This document shows positions 22,358-33,470 of a DNA stretch of 64,000 nucleotides, in pieces (position 1 is the first letter of the stretch; every line of letters begins with the position of its first letter). Origin of the DNA: Savitreella phatthalungensis (taxonomy: Eukaryota); assembly GCA_051599415.1 (NCBI GenBank), contig AP039690.1, positions 372,001-436,000 of the forward strand. The letters are read 5' to 3'. The position numbers and the translations under genes are program-made. The notes under the pieces were generated by a model. That model saw nothing but the letters and a program-made list of their open reading frames with translations, made no database searches and had not been told where the DNA came from.

Positions 22358-24052
22358 ATGCCGAACGAGTTGTATCTGGCATGGCTCAAGGAGTGGAAAG
22401 AGAAGGCTTTCGAAGCGGAATCGAAGGGCTACAAAACACTCAAGACTGCTTACAACTCTATGCTCGACTGCGATCACGAGATCGGGCATCCTTCGCAAGC
22501 GATCAAGCTTCATGGAATCGGTCCAGTCCTCTGTGGCAGGCTAGAAAAGCGGATGCTCGCACATTGTCGGGAGAATAATGTTCCTATGCCAGAACGACCA
22601 CGGCAAGAGCTACAGCAGGACAACACGAACGAAGATGGCGCTCCCGTGGCGAAGAAACGCAAGACTAGCGCTCGCGAGTACATACCTCAGTATCGCTCAG
22701 GCGCGTTTGGCTTGCTTGTTGGGATGTCCGATCCGACTGCGAGCTTGAGCATGAGCAAGAGTGATGTTGTGCGCTTGGCAAAGCCGCTCACTGATGCCTC
22801 TTTCGACGTGGCCGGTGATTCTAATCGGTTCTTTACCGCCTGGAATAGTATGAAGACGCTGATTGACCGATCCCTGGTAACAAAGTACGGCAATCCGCCA
22901 AAATACACGCTGACCGAGACTGGCCTAGAATTGAGCAAGCGCTTGCGAGATAGACTCGACAACGTTCAAAGGGCTCAAATGGGAGTCCGCGCTCCTCAGT
23001 CCATAAGTGTCGATGTCGAAGTCGTGGATCTAGCAGGTTCTGATGAGTCCGAAGCAGATGATTTGCCACTCGCCGGCCAGACAACTGTGAACCGGGATTC
23101 ACAGGAAGAGCGTTCGAGCGGTCGGCTACCCTCGCGAGCTCGACCTGATGCAGTCGAAATAGATGCGAGTCAAATTCAGCTTCGCAACATCCCCGCAGGC
23201 AGCTATAGTGTTCAGCTGATCATTGACAATCGAGAGGTCAAGACGCAGCGCGAAAGAGACTTCATTGAGCAGAAACTCGATGCGGCGGGTATCGCGCTCG
23301 ATGCGAGGATGCTAGATGTGGGCGACGCGGTTTGGATAGCAAAGTGCCAGGATGGCACGGAAGTTGTGCTCGACTATGTGGTCGAACGCAAACGTCTCGA
23401 TGATCTTGTGTCCAGCATCAAGGACGGCCGATTCAAAGAGCAGAAGTTCCGGCTCGGGCGATGTGGATGCGAGCATGTCATTTACATCATCGAGCGCTAC
23501 GTCCTCAGCAGTGACTACTTTGCAGAAGCGATCCGTACTTCGCTGGCAGGAGCGCAGGTTCACGATGGTTGTTTCGTCAAACACGTCAAGAATTTGAACG
23601 AGACTACAGACTATTTGTGCAAGTTGACACATCAGCTCTCTTCACGCTACGCTCATCGCGACCTCTATGTGCTTCCTGACCGATACGTGGACTCACGCTC
23701 TTTTGTCGATCTGAAAGCTCGGCTAGGAGAATTGCACAATGGCAAGTGTATCAGCATTTCCTACGATGCTTATCAAGGTGTTTCGCGGAAGCAGGGTATC
23801 ATGACCGTGGGCGATATTTGGCTTAAGCAACTCCTATGCATCCGCGGTCTCAGTCTAGAAAAGGCTTTGGAGGTTCGTGACAGATTCCCGGTCATGAGAG
23901 ACTTGATGGAAGCGTATCGCAAACTTCATTCACTTGAAAACAAGTATCGGCTACTGCACGACACGTGCAATGGGAGCGGTAGGAAAGCGATTGGAAAGGC
24001 ACTCAGTCGAAAGGTTTATGAGCTTCTGCATGACAAAGAGCCGTCAAAATGA
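22358..24052 (+). CDS. MUS81: Crossover junction endonuclease Mus81
   Basis: N-terminal HhH (LHGIGP), YIPQYRSGA winged helix, ERCC4 domain IIDNRE, GDAVW, ERKRLDDL..SIKDGRFKEQKFRL, C-terminal HhH. Confidence 0.96.
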   Translation: MPNELYLAWLKEWKEKAFEAESKGYKTLKTAYNSMLDCDHEIGHPSQAIKLHGIGPVLCGRLEKRMLAHCRENNVPMPERPRQELQQDNTNEDGAPVAKKRKTSAREYIPQYRSGAFGLLVGMSDPTASLSMSKSDVVRLAKPLTDASFDVAGDSNRFFTAWNSMKTLIDRSLVTKYGNPPKYTLTETGLELSKRLRDRLDNVQRAQMGVRAPQSISVDVEVVDLAGSDESEADDLPLAGQTTVNRDSQEERSSGRLPSRARPDAVEIDASQIQLRNIPAGSYSVQLIIDNREVKTQRERDFIEQKLDAAGIALDARMLDVGDAVWIAKCQDGTEVVLDYVVERKRLDDLVSSIKDGRFKEQKFRLGRCGCEHVIYIIERYVLSSDYFAEAIRTSLAGAQVHDGCFVKHVKNLNETTDYLCKLTHQLSSRYAHRDLYVLPDRYVDSRSFVDLKARLGELHNGKCISISYDAYQGVSRKQGIMTVGDIWLKQLLCIRGLSLEKALEVRDRFPVMRDLMEAYRKLHSLENKYRLLHDTCNGSGRKAIGKALSRKVYELLHDKEPSK

Positions 24053-24836
24053 AGGTGGCGCAGTGTTGTGACACTGAACACTCAAAGAACACAACACTCA
24101 TCTTCGTGAAAGCGGTGAGGACTATGGGGAGAGTGCCGGGCACCTTGACAGGGATCCTCGACTTGCGTCATGCATGTGCATGGAGTGTCTAATTTTAGAT
24201 TTCCCCGACTGTATAATTAAGCATATATACTGTATGTGCATTCGATCGGTCGATCTCATATTGGCGCTTATATGGAAGTGGGTGGGGTTCAAATCAGCTT
24301 TATGAATTTAGTATATTTAAATTCTTCAATCAATTCTAAATCAGATTTAATTTAGATCGGTACCATTTGCATATAATCAATTGTACATGTGGAAATCGGT
24401 CGATTGATCGATCCATGAATTGATCAAATTCTAAGACAAAACACTAGCGACGATGACGCTGTGGTAGTCTCACTGGGACAGTGGCATCAGCACCAACGCC
24501 AGCACTAGCAACACCAGCACTCCACAAACACTCATGCAGTCAGCGTGAGCACCGCTCCCGTAACATACCCCAGAAACACCTAGCTACCTAAACAGCTGAT
24601 TCACACTGCTTCCTATTGCTCTCTCCACAAGTAGAGGTGAGGAAGAGAAATCTTACTGCATCTTCAGGACATTGAAACAAAAGAGCGCTGTTCCGGGTGA
24701 AGCGAGCCTACATAAGGGCATCCCTACCTTCCCGAAACCTTCAACTCGCCCGCAGACGCAGGAGCGTGACTCACTTGTGCAGCATCGATCGCGAAGATCA
24801 CGTTTTGGTCTCTCTTGCTCAAGGTATTCAAGCAGG

Positions 24837-27800
24837 ATGCCAAACGCACCGTACAAAGTGAAGGCTCTGTATGAGTACGCATCGGAGCACGCGGATGATC
24901 TCACATTTCAGCCAGGCCAGCACATCATCGTTGAAGCCGTCGAGGATGAAGAATGGCTGCGCGGATCGTACGAGGACGACCATGGTGTCCAGCATAAAGG
25001 CATCTTCCCTAAGAACTTCGTTCAGGAAGTCAGACGAGCTCCAGCTCCGCCGTCGGTGTCTTCGTCTCAGCCTGCGCAGGCCCATGCATTGGTAGAAGAG
25101 GCAGAGAAGCCTCTGTCCTCTACAGATCCCGGCAAAGACTCCGCGCAATCTGCGTCGATATCCACAAATACGCGAGACGAAGAAGAGACTCCAGACATGG
25201 CAGCTTCGAGCACCAAAGATCTGGAAGTGCCATTCGCTGCGTCTGAAGTCAAGGCAGAAGAGCCAGTGCCCGGCCCTGTTCCGTTGTCCTCAGCCCACGC
25301 TTCTGCAGGCACCAGCGTGGCACCTATATCAATCCCTGCATCTTCATCCATCTCCCCGAGAGAGCCAGCCAGCGCAAAGTCACCCCCGACCCCATCGGTG
25401 AAGTCCAGCAGCTTCCGGGATCGAATCGCTGCTTTCAACAATCCGACAGCAGCACCAGTCGCGCCAAAGCCCATGGCAAAACCTAGCTTAGCTCGTAAGC
25501 CTTTTGTCGCGCCACCGCCAGCTAAGGACAGCTATGTCGCTCCCGCAGGCGCCGCTCCCAAACCTACGTCCCAGGCCGCTCGTATTTCGGAAGATCAATC
25601 GACCACGCCTGTGCCTGCTGCTCGAGCCAACGATACCGTTGCGAAGGATGTTGACGTTCAACCAACAATGTCCTTGAAAGAGCGCATTGCTGCTTTGCAG
25701 CGAGAGCGTGAGCAGGACGCTGCGAAAACAACGGAGCGCATACAAAGTCCCACTGCTGATGATGGCGAGAGGCCGACGCCTGTATTTGAGGACGAAGGCC
25801 GTCGATCACTTTCTCGTACCACAACAGCACGCTCTGACATGTTGAGCGAGCAAAAGACCGGCGGTTCTGTTGTGTCACAACAGCAATCATTGCCACCGCA
25901 AGTGCCCGCACCCATTGTACAGCAGGTCGCCCAAGCCGAAGAAGACACATCGTCGCCAATCAGCAGAACCGACTCGATCAGCCGTCACAGGACTGTTCCT
26001 GATACAGAATCAATTAATGAAGAAACGGTCGACCAACGGGAGCTTTCAAAAGAGACCTCCGCAAGTCAGGCTGACGCCAGTGAAGAGCCGGAGCTTGAGC
26101 AAGAGCTCGACCCAGAAGAGACTCGCAAGCAGCAATTACGTGCGCGAATGGCAAAGATGTCTGGCATGGGAATGGGTATGCACATGGCTTTAGGCATCGG
26201 CGGTGGAGGCCCTAGACCGCCGAAACCAAAATCTTTGCAAAAGCAGTCTCCTCATGTCGACGATGTCGAATCATCTCAAGCACATCAATCAGCTGATTTA
26301 CCCCGTGCTGTGCCCATGCCAGGACTTCCCGCGGCCGCTGCACCGCCACCTGCAATTGTCGGTGGAGGCCATCCTCCAGGCGACGATGTCGACGAAGTCC
26401 AGCCTGGAGATGCCGAAGAGGGTCTGAGCGAGCTCGGCTCAAGCGTTTTGCATTCCCCTGCTACATCAGCTCGATCGCCGATCTTGCCACCTCACAAGCG
26501 CCAAGATTCGATCCGCTCGATTCGAAGCATTCATCAAACGATCAACGAAGAAGACGAAAATCTAGCACGGCCAGCACCACCTTTGGCATCACCCCCATTA
26601 GTCACCCCGCACTCTCCTCGGCCGAATGCTTCAACGATCAGCTATTTCCCATCATCACCCACGACTACTCCCAGATCACCACTGGCGACGGCAATTCCAC
26701 CACCAGTCCCTGGGGCTGCAAGGCCTCCGGCACCGCCTGTGCCAGCCATTCGCCCCTCGGATATCGATGATGGTGAGGATGAGGAAGATGATGCAGATGA
26801 TGAAGCAAATGCAATGCTTGCGAGTCCCTCGGCACCAGCTGCTAGCTCAGCTCGAGCGCCGGCGCCTTCAGTACCACCACAAGCCAGAACAGCGCCAGCT
26901 GTGCCATCTAGCAGTCGACCTCCAGTCCCAAATTCTCAGAATCTCGTACAGTCTGAGGACGACAGCGACTCGCCTCGTGGCAGCGCTGGGCAGCCAATGG
27001 TGCATCCTGCCGCGCAGATACTCAGGCAGGAATCAACAGTCCATTCGGGGGCCTCAGAAAGTGAGGGAGAAGGTTATGCTGCTGACGACGACACCGACGC
27101 TGCCTCGGTTCTTGATACCAAGAGACAGAGCACAATTGAGCCGCTCTCACCGACCGAGCGCAGCAACTTGCCGCCCTTGCCACGAACGGCGCCACCGCCG
27201 CCACGAAATGTTCCGCCTCAGCCGTCGGCTCTGACTCGACCACCTGTGGGTCTCGAACAGTCTGACGAAACTGCAAGAGATACACACGAAGACACAACAA
27301 CGCCAGACGCTGATTCTGATGAGGACTCGAGCGCTCCTAATCTGGTGCCCGCACCCGTACCCATCTCAGCACCAGCTTCGGCAACACCGCCTGTTGTGCC
27401 AATCTCGGAAGAACCACGGCGCAGCCTAGCACGTCAGTCGACTGACCGCAACCGGCGATCGATGGATCCCGCTCACGGAGTAGGTGGCTTCGCCGCTCGG
27501 GACATTGACATGTCACCGCAGACGGGATGGTTTCAGCAACCGAACATGCCGCCGCCATCTTTACAAGGCCGGACGGACCTCAGCTATGAGATTGATGAAA
27601 GTACCAAGACGTCTCGCGGTACAACCGTGATAACGAAGGAAATCTATGTGCTTTATGCCGATCTCTCCCAGTCTCTCATCACTTGCACATTCTCCACACG
27701 AGCCGACAGCGGACCACCGCAGTTTGATCAGAGCCACACACCTCCGCCACAGAACACTTCTCGTGATGACCTAGAGCGAGCATACTCGCAGTACGGTGCG

Positions 27801-28277
27801 CGTGTGCTTTCTACCGCCAAGAGCAAGGAAGGCCAAAGTCTAGGGGCTGGCGCAGATGCATCGGCACTCGTGTGGGAGTGTGTTCGCGCATTGGATAATG
27901 CGTTGACGCCGATCGGCACACGCACGTACGGTGCCACTGTCTACCAGAACATTGCAAACGCGCACGTGTCTGCCGTCGACGAGATCCGTCCTGGCGATAT
28001 TCTCGCCTTCCGAAACGCCAAGCTCCAAGGTCACAAAGGCGCGATCAAATCGAAGTACAGTGTGGAAGTGGGTAAGCCCGATCACGCGGCTGTCGTTCTG
28101 GACTGGGACGGTTCCAAAAAGAAGATCAGGGTGCTAGAGGTGGACACGGGCGTTGCACCGACGCCCAACAAGCCAGCAAAGATTGTCCAAAACAGCTACA
28201 AGCTCAACGACCTCAAGTCCGGCGAGGCCAAGGTGTTTAGGATCGTCGGAAGAGATTTTGTTGGATGGCAATCGTAG
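24837..28277 (+). CDS. BBC1: SH3-domain myosin-tail-interacting protein Bbc1/Mti1
   Basis: N-terminal SH3 (VKALYEY...GIFPKNFV), SFRDRIAAFN and SLKERIAALQ motifs, Pro-rich middle, conserved C-terminal domain (DEIRPGDI...WDGSKKKIRV). Confidence 0.9.
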   Translation: MPNAPYKVKALYEYASEHADDLTFQPGQHIIVEAVEDEEWLRGSYEDDHGVQHKGIFPKNFVQEVRRAPAPPSVSSSQPAQAHALVEEAEKPLSSTDPGKDSAQSASISTNTRDEEETPDMAASSTKDLEVPFAASEVKAEEPVPGPVPLSSAHASAGTSVAPISIPASSSISPREPASAKSPPTPSVKSSSFRDRIAAFNNPTAAPVAPKPMAKPSLARKPFVAPPPAKDSYVAPAGAAPKPTSQAARISEDQSTTPVPAARANDTVAKDVDVQPTMSLKERIAALQREREQDAAKTTERIQSPTADDGERPTPVFEDEGRRSLSRTTTARSDMLSEQKTGGSVVSQQQSLPPQVPAPIVQQVAQAEEDTSSPISRTDSISRHRTVPDTESINEETVDQRELSKETSASQADASEEPELEQELDPEETRKQQLRARMAKMSGMGMGMHMALGIGGGGPRPPKPKSLQKQSPHVDDVESSQAHQSADLPRAVPMPGLPAAAAPPPAIVGGGHPPGDDVDEVQPGDAEEGLSELGSSVLHSPATSARSPILPPHKRQDSIRSIRSIHQTINEEDENLARPAPPLASPPLVTPHSPRPNASTISYFPSSPTTTPRSPLATAIPPPVPGAARPPAPPVPAIRPSDIDDGEDEEDDADDEANAMLASPSAPAASSARAPAPSVPPQARTAPAVPSSSRPPVPNSQNLVQSEDDSDSPRGSAGQPMVHPAAQILRQESTVHSGASESEGEGYAADDDTDAASVLDTKRQSTIEPLSPTERSNLPPLPRTAPPPPRNVPPQPSALTRPPVGLEQSDETARDTHEDTTTPDADSDEDSSAPNLVPAPVPISAPASATPPVVPISEEPRRSLARQSTDRNRRSMDPAHGVGGFAARDIDMSPQTGWFQQPNMPPPSLQGRTDLSYEIDESTKTSRGTTVITKEIYVLYADLSQSLITCTFSTRADSGPPQFDQSHTPPPQNTSRDDLERAYSQYGARVLSTAKSKEGQSLGAGADASALVWECVRALDNALTPIGTRTYGATVYQNIANAHVSAVDEIRPGDILAFRNAKLQGHKGAIKSKYSVEVGKPDHAAVVLDWDGSKKKIRVLEVDTGVAPTPNKPAKIVQNSYKLNDLKSGEAKVFRIVGRDFVGWQS

Positions 28278-28948
28278 AACAAAGCTTGTGGGCACGGCGA
28301 CTTTACTAATCACAATGCACACTACACTGGACATAAATACTCGAGAGGGCGTATTGACCTGTGTCATGGTGTGTTCGAGAACTCGACGGTTAATTCTGTA
28401 CACTGTCCAAGCGGTTCGCCCGCATCACTGAGCTGGCACCAATTTGACGAAATTAATGCAGTTTATGAACTGCCCTTGTGAACATCTAAAGTTTGTTACT
28501 GCCAGTTGTATTTTGCTTGGATGCACACACGGCACAAACACTTTCTTCCTGCCCGTCTGCATCTCTCTCTGCCTGACATCACAGGGAGGGTCAAGCTGGA
28601 GGAAGACTCGTAGCTGTGTAAGAAATTCAGCTGAGAGTGCAAGGGTTTTCTTGGTCAAAACGATGTTCGCCTGGGCTTGCTCGCTCATCTAGGCGCAGGA
28701 ATGCTCAAGCGTCAGTCTATGGGCGACAATGCTCTTTCTTCTAGTGGTATGACTATGCGCGACTCGGGGCCCAGTGACCCGGACTCTTTCATTCTGATCG
28801 ATCTATTTTTTATGCATCCAGCGAGCCAAAGCCAGCTGAGCGGAGCATAGCGCCTCCGCCACGTCGAGTGCAAGTTCTCAAATTTCACGCCACGTCACCC
28901 GATTCACGTGCAGCCAAACAGCTTCACTTTTCTGCTATGGTACAAGCC

Positions 28949-28981
28949 GTTGACGCTTGGGTTGATGCTTGGGTTGATGCT
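28949..28981. repeat. 12-bp tandem repeat GTTGAYGCTTGG, about 2.8 copies
   Basis: gttgacgcttgg gttgatgcttgg gttgatgct. Confidence 0.85.
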
Positions 28982-29980
28982 GATATGACGGGCACTTGGG
29001 TGACTGTAGGCTGTGATAAGTGCATGGAGATTCAGACTCCTTTTTCATTCTCAGACCTCTAATCTAACCTGCCGAGGGTCAGATTAGTTTTCGACCACTG
29101 ACTGAATTTCGAACTTATCAGCCAGAAGCTGAGCAATCTTGAGAGAAAGGCAGAGCACGGCAGGCAGATCACCATCGAGTAACTGTGACAGGTCAGACGA
29201 CGAGCAATCAGGCAGGAACGAACCATTACGTCCGAGTTCAAATAGCAAAAGCAAAAGCTAAAGCTGAAGACGGAAGCAGGAAGCAGGAAGCAAAAGCAAG
29301 AGAACGAAGAGAGAGACACACAGAGAGAATGACGAAGATCAAAGGGATTAAAACAGAATACACAATAGTGTTTTCTTTCGAAACTCTGCTCAGCACCCTT
29401 ATATGATCTTTTTCTTTTTCTGCATCAATCCAAACCCCCACAGGGTAAGAACGCTTGCTCTTGCTCATGCTCTTACTCTTACTCTAGCTCCTGCGCGCTA
29501 GATACTGTCCGCACTGACATACTCTTGACCGGTGAAAGATCCCTGAAGAAGTCAGAGTCTTGGAGTCCCTCTCTCTGCACGCGCCATCAATCTTTTACCC
29601 TCACTCTTCAATTCTCAGTTGTGACCGAAGCACCCGAGGATAGTGAAGAGAAAGAAAAGAAGCAGACGACTTTCCCCAATACCTATTTGCGACATTCACC
29701 ACAGAGAAAGAGCAACTGCGGGCATCTACCTCAGCCAGGCTATCGGACAAGCGCACTTCCATCTCGTGACCTTCGAAAGGAAGCTTGTTAGTTTGATCTT
29801 TTAGCCAGGCCAGTGCGCACGATCAACGACTCTCGTCGCTGCCTGTACAGGCATATTCTCGAGGCATTCACACTCCCTCCAGAGACTGACCCATTCCATC
29901 CTACCCTGTTTTTGTCGTCTTCCCGCTCACCCTAGCAGCCGTCCTTTGATGACTGGGCAGGCAAGCTTGGTTTCCAGTAC

Positions 29981-32900
29981 ATGTCTGTCGAACCCCCTCC
30001 TGCTGCGATCGCTACAGCAGCAGTCGGCGGCATCACCAATCTCACAAACAGCGATCAAAATGGTGGAGGTGGAAGCGTCTCAAGTTCATCAAAGGCTACA
30101 GCAGCCAATGAGCCCGCACGCCTCTCGACAACCCCAGCAATCGCATCAACCGCGACAATTGGCAACGTCGATCCCGACGACAGCGTCAGACAATATGAAG
30201 ACGGTAAGCGCTCAGATGACCGAGGATAGGCAAGGCAGCAGTCATGCTTTGACTGCTACATTCTATGCATCGGCGCTCATCGTAACAGCCCCCGCTGACT
30301 CTACAGCCATCATTTGCATTTGCGGCTCTGACATTGACGACAATGGCACGATTCAATGCGACAAATGCGGTCGTTGGCAGCATATGCGCTGTGTCGGCAT
30401 AGATCCGCGCGATGCAGACCTGATAGAGGACCTTGTGTATTACTGTGACGTGTGTCAGCCTCGGTCGCTTGATGTCCAGGCAGCGAAAGACTACATTGAA
30501 CAATACAAGCGCGACGATGCCCTACGCGAAGCTACAAAACCTAAGCGACGCTCAAAAAGCTCAAGCAAACGCAACAAAGATAACGCTGCTGCTGCCGTCA
30601 TTGCATCTACATCCGCTGTCGTTGAAAGCGGCGTGGTCTCAGACGAGAGAAAACAAGTCTCGCTGAGCGAGGTCAAAAAGCCCACGAAGATAAAGACGCG
30701 CGATTCATCCCCGCAAGCTTCCGCGACGGCACGCGAATACACACCGACGGACAAGTACATTGTGCCTGCAGATATCGCCGAGATTGTCGCAACAAGACTG
30801 AAAGATATCGCCGTTTGGCCTGCAGATGCAATCCCTGGAGCGATCGCATCAAGTGTCAGACCATTGTTAATCGACAGGAACCGATTTGGACTTTTCGCCG
30901 ATCGGCACGCTCCCCCGACCTCTTTCATCGGCACTTTCTTGGGAGTCGTAGGTCGACGTGAGGCTTACGAAGCCGACGAACGCAATAATTTCCCGACGCT
31001 GCGAAGTCCACTCCCGCAAGTCATTCTCGTCGACGGCACGCAACTCATTATCGATGCTCGCGTCTCAGGCAATGACCTACGCTTCATGAGAAAGAGCTGC
31101 TCCCCGACGTGCTCTATCGTGCCGATTGCTGTCAGTCATCAGTCTTCACGTGGTGTCCCGGACGTTCCAACCTGGCAGATATCCATCATCCTCACGCAAC
31201 AAATCAAGCCCGGCTCAGAGCTGACAATTCCTTATCAATGGCCTGCCGACAGATTGGAGTTGATACCAGGGCTCGAGTCAGAGGAAGCACGCCGGGAGTA
31301 CGCAATCAATTTGGTGCGTGTACACGGCGACTGCCCGTGTGGCAAGGCCGCAGAGGCATGCGAGATCAGACGCTATTTGCCTATGCCGCAACCGCTTGTG
31401 GTGACGGCGAAGATGGAAAGTCCGCCGCCATCTCCAGCGCGACAACCTCGAAAACGCAGCCTGTCCATCGAGTCTCGGCAGGTTGGTGCTGTCGACAACG
31501 ATCAGTCATCAGCGCAAGTGTCCGATCCGTCGCTTACGCCAAATGCTGTGCAGGCCCCGCCACGAAGCCGTGCTTCTGCAGAACCGAAAGACACATCGTC
31601 AAATGTACCCGATGCACCCTTGTCGCGTGAGGAACGTAAAATACAGATGGCGATAGCGCGTATGGAGAGCTCGGAGCAGAGTGGGACAGACAAGGCCAAA
31701 GTCAAGCGCCGACGCCGCAATACTGGGGACGACCTGACACGTCCGACATCGTCACAACGTCGCTCGTCGAACAAACCGCTCGAAGCCGAAGCAATGCCCG
31801 ATAGTGACTCTGCAGCGCCGAAAGCATCCTCACCAAGTTCAGCGAGAAGGCCGGCCCGGGTCGCCCGCCAGACTGCCGTCAAACGCGGGTCTTCAATCAT
31901 TCCCTCGCTCCAGCCACAACTGGCCCCTCGGGAATATGTGCCGCTGAAGCGTGCATGGATTGACTCGTATCTTGCGGAGCAAAAGCGAGCCGCTGATGCC
32001 GCTGCGGAAGAAGCGAAAATTGCTGCTGCTGCAGCCGCGAAAGCACGCAAAGAAGCCGCGGAGAAAGAAGCGGCACGCCAGGAGGCAGCGCGCCGAGAAG
32101 AAGAACAGCGACAGCAGGAGCTGGAGAAGAGGCTCAAGCAGGAAGCTCAGCGTGCCCTCGATGCCGCTGCACGAGCTCGGGAGCGGGAGATCTGGGGTGA
32201 TCGCGGCACCGGCAACGATCTTTCGGAGCCTAAGCACTATAACCAGCAACAACAGCATCAACAACAGCACCATCAACCACGGCCAGCGGAAGCCTTGCCG
32301 TTGCGGCAGTCAAACTCGCTACCGCATCAGAATGGTCCTGTAGCTGCTTCTGTTGCCACTCCGTCAGTGATGGGTCCACCTGCGAGCCTACCGGAAAAGA
32401 CACGATCGCCAACACCTCACGAAGGTTCGCCCGGCAATGAAGCAAAGCATCGTGAACCCCAACGGCAGTCAGCGCCACCGTCACAGCAACAAAGTCCACA
32501 TTCGCCAGCGACGCTACCGACAGTGCCGAAAGTGGTTCGAAAGCTTAGCATCAGCGAGTATCTCAGGCAGAAAAAAGAGCAAGCAGCACAAACACCTGGC
32601 AGTACAAGCGGTGCCACTGGCCAGGTGACACCCGCAGCCGAGACGACGGATGGAGTACGCGGCACACCAGAAATCGCTCCATCATCGGCGGGAATGTTGA
32701 CGACCAATACCGTCAATCGACCTAGCGAGCAGCATAACTCGTACTTCGCCGGCGCGTCGACACCAGTGAAAAGTGAACCGCCTGCAGAACCCGCTCATAC
32801 ACGAATCAGTGGTCCCCAGCCGCAGCAACAGCATCAACAGATTCCAGCCGGTCCGCGTGCTAGCGGCAATACATCAGCTTCTCATGGTCATCATTCCGGA

Positions 32901-33242
32901 GACCCCCGTGACTTCGCGCCTCGGTATCCCGCGACAAGTGCCTATGCGGCAGTTCATGGTCACACGACTGGCTCCTCGAGCGATAGATCGACGAACGGTT
33001 GGAGATCTGCTGAAAACGCTTCTCAGCCACATCATCACGACAGCCAATTTACCCAGAATTCATCATCGGCACTGCAGCAGGGCAAGTTCTCTCAAGCTAT
33101 GGCACATACGCGAGGCCCATTACCGAACACCAACGGCTCTGCGCCACATACGCCCACGGGCTCGCACAATTATCCGTCGCAGCAGCAACAGCAAGGCTAC
33201 GGTGATGCGAATACTGGCAACCAAGGACGCCGCCCTTCTTGA
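29981..33242 (+). CDS. SET3: PHD + SET domain chromatin protein, Set3/Set4-like; exons 29981-30203, 30289-33242
   Basis: PHD (CICG...IQCDKCGRWQHMRC...YYCDVC) and degenerate SET (IDARVSGNDLRFMRKSC...ELTIPY). Intron 30204-30288 (GTAAGC...AACAG) joins the ATG ORF at 29981 in frame to the main ORF. Confidence 0.88.
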
Positions 33243-33470
33243 GTCGTGCATGATACGCTCGCGCACAGACGCGCGGCATACGCCCATTGTAAGTAAGTAG
33301 TTTTCGACGCTGTCAGACTGTCCAGCCAACGAAATTTTTGTACCACCAATTCAAACCACCCACTCTCTGACTCGTTCGCGCGACATTGTTTTCCAGCTGA
33401 CAGTTGGGCTTTGTATCTCGTTCGCCAGCTCAAAGAAATTTGTCATTCTCTACGTCCTTTAATACGATTC

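Noticed and set aside
31050..31110. SET domain lacking the NHS catalytic motif (RKSC)
   Set aside because: Normal for the catalytically inactive Set3/Set4/MLL5 subfamily.
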